Positions 9,449 to 18,707 of a stretch of 64,000 nt of DNA are shown in pieces. The DNA comes from Candidatus Kapaibacterium sp. (GTDB taxonomy: Bacteria; Bacteroidota; Ignavibacteria; Kapaibacteriales; UBA2268): NCBI GenBank assembly GCA_963664875.1, contig OY761611.1, positions 1,376,001 through 1,440,000 on the forward strand. Reading direction: 5' to 3'. The notes under the pieces were generated by a model. That model was given only the letters and a program-made list of their open reading frames with translations. It was not told where the DNA came from and ran no database searches. Both the position numbers and the translations under genes were made by a program. Positions within the stretch are counted from its first letter, which is position 1. The number at the start of each line of letters is the position of its first letter.

Positions 9449-10156
9449 ATGAAAGTTCTCATTTTCGAAATAAGTGGTGAGTTTGCACATTTCAAACCTT
9501 ATGATACAACTTCAACCAAGCTAAGTTACCCATTCCCAACTCCACCAACTGTTTTAGGAATGATTGGTGCCATTTTAGGTTTGTCAAAGCAAGATCAGCA
9601 GTATCTAAAAATATTGAACGATGCTAATACTAAAGTAGCTGTTTCAATTTTGAACCCAGTCAAAAAGTTACATTGGGGCTTAAATCTTCTAAATACAAAA
9701 GGTAACATTGTTGACTTATCTAACGGTCATACTCAAGTATTGACCGAGTTTATTAAAGATGCTCGTTATAGAATTATTGTGTCAATGGAAAAGCAAGATT
9801 TATATAATTCTCTCAAAGAAAGATTAGAAAAGAAAGAGTCTTATTATGATCTGTGCTTGGGTATCACAGAATGTTTAGCTGACTTTGAATTTGTAGGAGA
9901 ATACGAAGCAAGTCTGAACAAATATAATTCTATCGAAGTAGATTCTGTTATACCCATAGACGAATCAATCGAAAACAAGATAGACTTTACATCAGTACAA
10001 GAAAAAATAACAATGCCAAGAATACCATATAAAATGGAAGTAGGAAGAATTGCATCTTATAGGAATGTACTTGTGAACGAAGGAGCCAAACCAATAGCAA
10101 TAAAAAATATAGAATGTTATACGACTGATGTTTGCAATTTCTTGTTTTTGAATTGA
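9449..10156 (+). CDS. cas5: Type I-B Cas5b
   Basis: GEFAHFK...SYPFPTPPTVLGMIGAILG; LCLGITECLA. Confidence 0.93.
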   Translation: MKVLIFEISGEFAHFKPYDTTSTKLSYPFPTPPTVLGMIGAILGLSKQDQQYLKILNDANTKVAVSILNPVKKLHWGLNLLNTKGNIVDLSNGHTQVLTEFIKDARYRIIVSMEKQDLYNSLKERLEKKESYYDLCLGITECLADFEFVGEYEASLNKYNSIEVDSVIPIDESIENKIDFTSVQEKITMPRIPYKMEVGRIASYRNVLVNEGAKPIAIKNIECYTTDVCNFLFLN

Positions 10157-10157
10157 T

Positions 10158-12494
10158 ATGATTATGTTACTATCTCATCCAGACACTATATTATCAGACC
10201 ACCTCGAAGGAGTGCTGCTCAATTCTGTTCGTATGTACGAAGAAATGAATATCACTTCTTCATATGGTGTTGATTATTTAAAAGTTGTAAAGTTGGTAGC
10301 TTTGTTTCACGATTTCGGGAAGTGTACTAATTATTTCCAAAATTATATTCGTGGAGATAAAAGTGGAAGTTCTCTTTTAAGACAACATTCCATATTAAGT
10401 GCTATTGTAGTTTCACATTTAGTTATATCAGTTGTTGAAAGTAAACATGCAGAAGAACTTTCACTTTATGCTTTTCTCTCAGTATTGTATCATCATGGTA
10501 ATCTTAATAACTTATATAATAAATTGCTTGGAATCAATAGCAATGATACAATTGTATTACTCAGCCAACAAATAAATGCAGTATCCTTTGATTCAGTAAA
10601 CGAATGCTATAATCCACTGCTCAAAGATTACTTATCTATTGATATCACTTTTACGGCTGAAAAGCTGACAGAATATATTGATACTCTAAAATCTTCAATA
10701 CGTAAACTCAACAAAACTTTAAGGAAAATAAAAGAAACAAACTCTTTTGAATCTTATCTGCATTTGATGACATTCTGGTCTTTACTTGTTGATGCAGATA
10801 AAAAACATGCAAACTTCAAAGAGGTATTGCAAAAGCATTCGTCTAAAATTGATACAGATGCTGCTAAAAAGTACATTATGAAATTTCCAAAAGACGAATC
10901 ACCGATGTGTAAACTTAGAACAGAAGCTTTTGAGACAGTTGAACAGAATATTCTAAAATCATCAGACAAAGCTGATATTTTTAGCGTAGAATTGCCTACC
11001 GGAGCAGGAAAGACACTAAACGTTTTGAATGCAGCACTTCGATTGAGAAATAAAAGGTATGATGAAACCGGGAAGTACAAAAAAATTATAAACGGTCTGC
11101 CGTTTTTATCAATCATTGATCAAACAGCAAAAGTCTATAGAGACGTATTTGATTTAGATGACAGCAATTCAGATGTTATGACTGTTCAGCACTCTTTGGC
11201 TGACTATTCCTTATTCAAACAGGGGGATGTCGAATATAAAGATGATTCCAGAGCGGAGATGCTAATCGAAACATGGGAATCTGAGATAATAGTTACCACA
11301 TTTGTGCAAATATTCCATACCTTGTTTACCAATAAAAACGGCAATGCAAGGAAATTCCATACAATATCCAATTCAATTTTAGTATTAGATGAGGTTCAAG
11401 CTATTCCTTCTAAATATCATAAACTTGTAAATGAGATGTTTCAAGCTTTAGTTAAAGTTTACAACACTGATATTATTACAATGACTGCTACTAATATTTA
11501 CGAGTTCGATAATGCAAAACGTTTATGTGATGCTACATTTTATAATGACTTAGATAGAATTGTTTTGAAATATTTTGATGATGTACTAACAGTCGAAGAA
11601 TTCTTTCAAAAGCTTGATTTGCAGGCAGACAAATCTTATATGTTTGTTATGAATACAATCAAAAGTGCTAAAATACTGCACCAATTGCTGTCTGATTCAC
11701 TACAGGAAGAAGTTGCCTTCTTATCGACAGAGATTATTCCATTTCAGAGATTAGGTATCATATCTGATATTAAGAATAAAAAATATAGATTTTTGGTTAC
11801 AACGCAACTTATCGAAGCTGGAGTAGATGTTACATTTGATGTTGTCTATCGTGATATGACCAGAATGGATTCAATTGTGCAAACAGCAGGCAGATGTAAT
11901 AGGCATTACACAGATAAACAAGGAGAAGTAAATGTTATTAAGCTGAAAGACAAAAGAAAAGAGTATGCAGAGTATATTTATGATTCAATGGACTTATTCC
12001 AAACATCTGAAACGCTTAAAACATATCTTGATGGACAGAACATGATTCGAGAATCTAATTTTTACAATCTAATAAAAGACTTTAGTGCAAAACTACAGGC
12101 AAAAACAACAGATTCAAATGCTTATATTGAAGCAGTAAATCAGTTAAAATTTATCAACTCACAGGAAGACAAATATAATATTGCAACATTCAAACTGATA
12201 GATAATTCTGATTATGAGAAAATAGATGTGTTTGTAGAGTATAATCAGGAAGCCGTTGATATTTGGCAAAAGTATATGCAAATCAAGAAAATTGAAAATA
12301 GATTTGACAGGAAACTACAGTTTAAGCTTATTAAAAATATCTTCCAGAAGTATGTGATTAGCGTTTCAAAGCAAAGATATTGTACGGATTCAAATGCAGA
12401 TGGATTATATTATATACCGCAAGGGCAATTAGAATTTTCATATGGGAAGGTCGGTTTCATGGGATTTGGGCTTGAAGCAAATAATATAATTTAG
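10158..12494 (+). CDS. cas3: Cas3 HD nuclease-helicase
   Basis: FHDFGK, HHG, LVDAD (HD); LPTGAGKT, LDEVQ, MTAT, TQLIEAGVD, QTAGRCNR (SF2). Confidence 0.95.
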   Translation: MIMLLSHPDTILSDHLEGVLLNSVRMYEEMNITSSYGVDYLKVVKLVALFHDFGKCTNYFQNYIRGDKSGSSLLRQHSILSAIVVSHLVISVVESKHAEELSLYAFLSVLYHHGNLNNLYNKLLGINSNDTIVLLSQQINAVSFDSVNECYNPLLKDYLSIDITFTAEKLTEYIDTLKSSIRKLNKTLRKIKETNSFESYLHLMTFWSLLVDADKKHANFKEVLQKHSSKIDTDAAKKYIMKFPKDESPMCKLRTEAFETVEQNILKSSDKADIFSVELPTGAGKTLNVLNAALRLRNKRYDETGKYKKIINGLPFLSIIDQTAKVYRDVFDLDDSNSDVMTVQHSLADYSLFKQGDVEYKDDSRAEMLIETWESEIIVTTFVQIFHTLFTNKNGNARKFHTISNSILVLDEVQAIPSKYHKLVNEMFQALVKVYNTDIITMTATNIYEFDNAKRLCDATFYNDLDRIVLKYFDDVLTVEEFFQKLDLQADKSYMFVMNTIKSAKILHQLLSDSLQEEVAFLSTEIIPFQRLGIISDIKNKKYRFLVTTQLIEAGVDVTFDVVYRDMTRMDSIVQTAGRCNRHYTDKQGEVNVIKLKDKRKEYAEYIYDSMDLFQTSETLKTYLDGQNMIRESNFYNLIKDFSAKLQAKTTDSNAYIEAVNQLKFINSQEDKYNIATFKLIDNSDYEKIDVFVEYNQEAVDIWQKYMQIKKIENRFDRKLQFKLIKNIFQKYVISVSKQRYCTDSNADGLYYIPQGQLEFSYGKVGFMGFGLEANNII

Positions 12495-12620
12495 TCGTCT
12501 GGCTCGTATAATACAAAAATCACTGAACCTCGACGACTTATTTATTGGAGTTTGAGATACTTTTCTAATGCTACGAACGATACGATTTATTAAAATAGCT
12601 TGTTCTTTGAAAATTTGAGG
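12495..12620 (+). promoter_or_regulatory. CRISPR leader containing boxA-like GTTCTTTGAAAA (12602-12613)
   Basis: Non-coding gap between cas3 and first repeat; degenerate repeats are at the opposite end; same 12-mer occurs in both rrn leaders. Confidence 0.8.
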
Positions 12621-13244
12621 ATAGAAATACCTGCTATAAGCAGGGATGATTTGTCAGATTGTTCGCCTCTGATGCTGTTAGCTGTATAGAAATACCTGCT
12701 ATAAGCAGGGATGATGGTATATCACGAGTTGGTACACCACCATCGTAGGTATAGAAATACCTGCTATAAGCAGGGATGATGATGCAGTTGATATTGATAT
12801 TGAACCGACAGAGCAAATAGAAATACCTGCTATAAGCAGGGATGATATAGTGGTTTATAACAATGGTGAAAAAGTTACTTTTGAATAGAAATACCTGCTA
12901 TAAGCAGGGATGATTCAATTCTTTCTGGTCTATCTAATCCGAATAATTCTATAGAAATACCTGCTATAAGCAGGGATGATATGTTCTTTATGTACTTCAT
13001 TCCACTTGGAAAGTTCATAGAAATACCTGCTATAAGCAGGGATGATGGATTAAACAAAGCTCTAAAATCGCAAGGTCGTTCAATAGAAATACCTGCTATA
13101 AGCAGGGATGATTTTTCTAATTCTCCTATATAAAAAAAGCGGTCTGTATAGAAATACCTGCTATAAGCAGGGATGATTTAAGTAAGCATACATACTAAGG
13201 CAACCTGCTTCTTGATAGAAATACCTGCTATAAGCAGGGATGAT
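12621..13244 (+). CRISPR. Array segment 1: chimeric repeat ATAGAAATACCTGCTATAAGCAGGGATGAT, 10 copies (10th is the IS junction), 9 spacers
   Basis: Repeats start at 12621, 12686, 12751, 12817, 12885, 12951, 13017, 13083, 13148, 13215; spacers 35-38 nt. Confidence 0.97.
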
Positions 13245-14426
13245 TTGTTCTTTGTAAATATCATATAATATAGTAAATTATAGAAAGCCAAACACAAACT
13301 TTTCTAATCTGGGGGGATTTATGGAAAAGCAAACGTTAGTAAATTATCTTGATAAGTTGACAGATAAGCGTCGCAGGGAAGGCACACGCCATAATCAATC
13401 ATTTGTATTATTGCTGGTTTTGATGGCGACTATGAGCGGACAATATGGCTATCGTGGCATAGAAAGATTTATAAAGAAGAATGCCGAAGACATACTGAAA
13501 TATTTAAAGCCTCATAAAGATAGATTACCAACTTACGCAACAATTTTTAGAGTGGTAAATAATATAGATTTTGATGAATTTGCACAGATTTTTAAAGAGT
13601 GGTCAAAAGTTTATGCAAAGCCTCAAAGCGGTGAAATAATCAGTATAGATGGCAAAGCTTTGAAAGGCACATTAGTAGAATACAATTCGAAATACCAGAA
13701 CTTTATAAGCATTGTTTCTGCACATTCTCAATCAAGTAAAATGTCACTAAGTATAAGCAAATATGAGAATAAAAAATCAAGCGAGATAAGCGTAGTTGAA
13801 GAAATGATTAGAGATTTAGAACTGACTGGCGTAGTCTTTACAATGGATGCTTTACACTGTCAAAAAAACTCTAAGAACAATTGTTAGTACTAACAACAAC
13901 TATATTATTTGCGTAAAAAAGAATCAAGGTCGTTTGTACAAAGAACTGGAGAGTTTGAGTTCGAGCTGGTCAACAAAGATCGATTATTATAAAACCGAAG
14001 AAACTAATAGAGACAGACGAGAAACTCGTAAAGTATATGTATATTCATTAAACGATAAAATTAAGAACGAGTGGTCCGGATCACAGCAATTAGTAAAGGT
14101 ACAAAGGATTAGAAAAACAAAACAAATGCAGGAAGTTCATGTACATTATTATTTGAGCAGTCAAGAAAAACCAGCAAAGTATTATATGCAGAGCATACGA
14201 GGACATTGGGGCATTGAAAACCAGCTACATTGGGTAAAGGATGTGGTAATGAAAGAAGATGCTTGGAAAGTGAGAAATACACAAGCAGCTTCAGTCATGA
14301 GTATAATAAAGTCAATTTGTATCAATATTTTTAGGTCAAAGAAGCGTATTGATTGTACCAACTTTTTCTATGAGACTGCCGACAATGTAGAACTATTGGT
14401 GACTTTGTTAGAATGAATCAACCCTG
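13235..14426 (+). mobile_element. ISAs1-family IS, copy 1 (1192 bp)
   Basis: Ends CAGGGATGATTTGTTCT / AGAATGAATCAACCCTG (14/17 inverted match); 10-bp duplication CTGCTATAAG at 13225-13234 and 14427-14436. Confidence 0.95.
13321..14416 (+). CDS. ISAs1 DDE transposase split in two frames (13321-13887, 13847-14416)
   Basis: IDGKALKG, KSSEI, TMDALHCQK, VKKNQ, IRGHWGIENQLHWVKDVVMKED; frame break at A7 run 13862-13868. Confidence 0.9.
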
Positions 14427-14965
14427 CTGCTATAAGGGGTTTAAACTAAAAGGCAATAAGCTGTATTTGACGTTAGGACTTGATAGAAATACCTGCTATA
14501 AGGGGTTTAAACTTTGGTAATGATGCTAAGAGCTGCAGCACATCACTAATAGAAATACCTGCTATAAGGGGTTTAAACGAAGGCAGCCATGATGACATGG
14601 TAGATGCGACAACAATAGAAATACCTGCTATAAGGGGTTTAAACTTATTTCACCTCTGTGATAAAATTTTCAGCACTAAGATAGAAATACCTGCTATAAG
14701 GGGTTTAAACAATTCTAATGAATATTCTTTAGCTGTTTCCCGTGCAAATAGAAATACCTGCTATAAGGGGTTTAAACGAAATTAAAGAAAAAAAACTATT
14801 AGATTTTGCTGAATAGAAATACCTGCTATAAGGGGTTTAAACTAGACTTCAACTGAGACATAAACTGAGAAATATTAAATAGAAATACCTGCTATAAGGG
14901 GTTTAAACCATTCATTAAAAACTTACAATAAAAAAGCATGGAAAAATAGAAATACCTGCTATAAG
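14427..14965 (+). CRISPR. Array segment 2: original repeat ATAGAAATACCTGCTATAAGGGGTTTAAAC, 7 full repeats plus two IS-split halves, 8 spacers
   Basis: Full repeats at 14483, 14549, 14615, 14681, 14748, 14813, 14879. Confidence 0.97.
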
Positions 14966-16157
14966 CAGGGATGATTTGTTCTTTGTAAATATCATATAAT
15001 ATAGTAAATTATAGAAAGCCAAACACAAACTTTTCTAATCTGGGGGGATTTATGGAAAAGCAAACGTTAGTAAATTATCTTGATAAGTTGACAGATAAGC
15101 GTCGCAGGGAAGGCACACGCCATAATCAATCATTTGTATTATTGCTGGTTTTGATGGCGACTATGAGCGGACAATATGGCTATCGTGGCATAGAAAGATT
15201 TATAAAGAAGAATGCCGAAGACATACTGAAATATTTAAAGCCTCATAAAGATAGATTACCAACTTACGCAACAATTTTTAGAGTGGTAAATAATATAGAT
15301 TTTGATGAATTTGCACAGATTTTTAAAGAGTGGTCAAAAGTTTATGCAAAGCCTCAAAGCGGTGAAATAATCAGTATAGATGGCAAAGCTTTGAAAGGCA
15401 CATTAGTAGAATACAATTCGAAATACCAGAACTTTATAAGCATTGTTTCTGCACATTCTCAATCAAGTAAAATGTCACTAAGTATAAGCAAATATGAGAA
15501 TAAAAAATCAAGCGAGATAAGCGTAGTTGAAGAAATGATTAGAGATTTAGAACTGACTGGCGTAGTCTTTACAATGGATGCTTTACACTGTCAAAAAAAC
15601 TCTAAGAACAATTGTTAGTACTAACAACAACTATATTATTTGCGTAAAAAAGAATCAAGGTCGTTTGTACAAAGAACTGGAGAGTTTGAGTTCGAGCTGG
15701 TCAACAAAGATCGATTATTATAAAACCGAAGAAACTAATAGAGACAGACGAGAAACTCGTAAAGTATATGTATATTCATTAAACGATAAAATTAAGAACG
15801 AGTGGTCCGGATCACAGCAATTAGTAAAGGTACAAAGGATTAGAAAAACAAAACAAATGCAGGAAGTTCATGTACATTATTATTTGAGCAGTCAAGAAAA
15901 ACCAGCAAAGTATTATATGCAGAGCATACGAGGACATTGGGGCATTGAAAACCAGCTACATTGGGTAAAGGATGTGGTAATGAAAGAAGATGCTTGGAAA
16001 GTGAGAAATACACAAGCAGCTTCAGTCATGAGTATAATAAAGTCAATTTGTATCAATATTTTTAGGTCAAAGAAGCGTATTGATTGTACCAACTTTTTCT
16101 ATGAGACTGCCGACAATGTAGAACTATTGGTGACTTTGTTAGAATGAATCAACCCTG
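14966..16157 (+). mobile_element. ISAs1-family IS, copy 2 (1192 bp, apparently identical to copy 1)
   Basis: Same ends, same length, identical translated ORFs; duplication CTGCTATAAG at 14956-14965 and 16158-16167. Confidence 0.95.
15052..16147 (+). CDS. ISAs1 transposase split in two frames (15052-15618, 15578-16147)
   Basis: Same proteins as copy 1; A7 run at 15593-15599. Confidence 0.9.
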
Positions 16158-18490
16158 CTGCTATAAGGGGTTTAAACTTGAGATATTATTGTAAAATTGT
16201 GATTATTTGATTTCATAGAAATACCTGCTATAAGGGGTTTAAACGAGTGCAAAGTGTTCCATTCTTGTCGAGCCATACGGAATAGAAATACCTGCTATAA
16301 GGGGTTTAAACCTAATATATATTTTCATTATTCACTCCTAAATTGATAATAGAAATACCTGCTATAAGGGGTTTAAACACTACTGTGTTGAAAGATATGT
16401 TAAATGCCATATCAGATAGAAATACCTGCTATAAGGGGTTTAAACATATATTCAGTAAGAAGTTTTAAACAAGACCCATTAATAGAAATACCTGCTATAA
16501 GGGGTTTAAACTTTATAATGTCGTAATCTTTGTTAGCCTGAATGTTAATAGAAATACCTGCTATAAGGGGTTTAAACTCTGCTTCCTTATGTGATTTGCG
16601 GGTAGTACTACTATAGAAATACCTGCTATAAGGGGTTTAAACGCAAAGTTGTGCATTTTAGAAGCGACTGGCAACTCATAGAAATACCTGCTATAAGGGG
16701 TTTAAACTCGTTTTGATGCCGTTTACAACTGTGCCGATGCCTGCATAGAAATACCTGCTATAAGGGGTTTAAACGCAGCTGCAACCGGGTCATCGAGCGA
16801 TACATTGAATATAGAAATACCTGCTATAAGGGGTTTAAACATGCTTTTTGATATATTATTTGGCATTTGCAATTGAATAGAAATACCTGCTATAAGGGGT
16901 TTAAACAAGTTTGGAGTTTTCAATTTCATGTCTTCGAACAAATAGAAATACCTGCTATAAGGGGTTTAAACAAATTGATTTGAACGGCGTTGCATTCAGC
17001 ACGTCAAATAGAAATACCTGCTATAAGGGGTTTAAACACGTTTGCGGCTCTAATGCCTGCTTTTAAAAAGCTCAATAGAAATACCTGCTATAAGGGGTTT
17101 AAACGTAGATTATACTTCGGAGGAATCAGTAGAATTGATAATAGAAATACCTGCTATAAGGGGTTTAAACTTAACGAATTGGTCATTAACATAACCGATT
17201 GTTTGCGGATAGAAATACCTGCTATAAGGGGTTTAAACTGTTGAAGAGGAATGGAAGCATATTACTTGTCCTCGATAGAAATACCTGCTATAAGGGGTTT
17301 AAACGAATCAATCTCAATAAACAATATATTACTTTTAGTAATAGAAATACCTGCTATAAGGGGTTTAAACTGTTGAAGAGGAATGGAAGCATATTACTTG
17401 TCCTCGATAGAAATACCTGCTATAAGGGGTTTAAACAAAGCTGTGCCGGGGTTCGCTTAAATCTCTGATAAATAGAAATACCTGCTATAAGGGGTTTAAA
17501 CATCACTAATGAAGTCAGATTGAAGGTAGCTCGTTCGATAGAAATACCTGCTATAAGGGGTTTAAACTTGGCTGAACCGCTACGAGGCAATGGTATTGAT
17601 TTAATAGAAATACCTGCTATAAGGGGTTTAAACATGAATGCCGAGGCAGTAGAGGGGCGTGCAAGGCGTATAGAAATACCTGCTATAAGGGGTTTAAACG
17701 ACGTTCTGATATTAAGTCTTTGTCCAATCTGTACGAATAGAAATACCTGCTATAAGGGGTTTAAACAATATTGTTTTGTTAAAAGCTATCTCGAAAACTA
17801 TAATAGAAATACCTGCTATAAGGGGTTTAAACTCGTTTTTACCTGTTTTTTCTTTTGTTCCATTTTGATAGAAATACCTGCTATAAGGGGTTTAAACGTA
17901 ACTCCGTGCCAATCTCACTAAATATATTTGCATATAGAAATACCTGCTATAAGGGGTTTAAACTCAAAACTCTTAATCATATCAATACCGACTTCACTTA
18001 TAGAAATACCTGCTATAAGGGGTTTAAACCAATATTTCGAGCAGATACGAAACGATGCCGAGTTTATAGAAATACCTGCTATAAGGGGTTTAAACTTGTC
18101 AGCTATTGACAAAATGCTCAATGAAGCAGAATAGAAATACCTGCTATAAGGGGTTTAAACAATTCTGAAACATATTTTGCAATTTTTTTTAGTTTTATAG
18201 AAATACCTGCTATAAGGGGTTTAAACTTGACTACATTGTTTTCTTTACATATTCTAAATACCTATAGAAATACCTGCTATAAGTGGTTTAAACATCGAAA
18301 CTTACGGCAATGTAGCGACTGCTCTGAATATAGAAATACCTGCTATAAGGGGTTTAAACACAGTTAAAAGGTTTACTTGTCATGTGATAATAGAATAGAA
18401 ATACCTGCTATAAGGGGTTTAAATTGTGCTGACTGTATCGAATTTACGGTAGAAAATGAAATAGAAATACCTGCTATAAGGAGTTTAATT
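16158..18490 (+). CRISPR. Array segment 3: original repeat, 35 full repeats plus IS-split half, 35 spacers
   Basis: Repeats from 16215 to 18461; trailer-end variants at 18264 (G>T), 18395 (ends AAAT), 18461 (GAGTTTAATT) give + orientation. Confidence 0.97.
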
Positions 18491-18543
18491 GAATATCGGT
18501 GGTGCAATTTATTAAGGAGAAAATACCACATTTATTTCAGTGC

Positions 18544-18645
18544 AGTAAGCCACTAATTTTGACAAAAATACAAAATTTATGTTTTTTATCTTCAGCATTT
18601 GTAGTCAATTTTATGCAAGACTAGTTAGCAAATGGAAGGTCAATT
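18544..18645 (+). repeat. ~100-bp imperfect direct repeat, copy 2 (right of array)
   Basis: Matches 5396-5498. Confidence 0.85.
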
Positions 18646-18707
18646 CTCGGAGGGAATTGTCAAAAGAATCAAGCACTATTGTTTTACTTCTGCTATTTTT
18701 TTAAATT

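Noticed and set aside
13047-13082. Spacer sharing CAAGGTCGTT with the transposase gene
   Set aside because: Only 10 nt; chance level. No full self-targeting spacer seen by eye, but no alignment was run
12621-13244. Segment 1 as an independent second array of another CRISPR system
   Set aside because: Shares the first 20 nt exactly with the main repeat, its differing 10 nt equal the IS end, and it joins the main array through a clean target duplication
13235-16157. Composite transposon that imported the 8-spacer segment
   Set aside because: Each IS has its own target duplication and the enclosed repeats match segment 3; two insertions into one array is simpler, though the identical targets mean it cannot be fully excluded
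12634-18134. Short ORFs with repeated IEIPAIRGLN / PLIAGIS peptides
   Set aside because: Translations of CRISPR repeats and spacers
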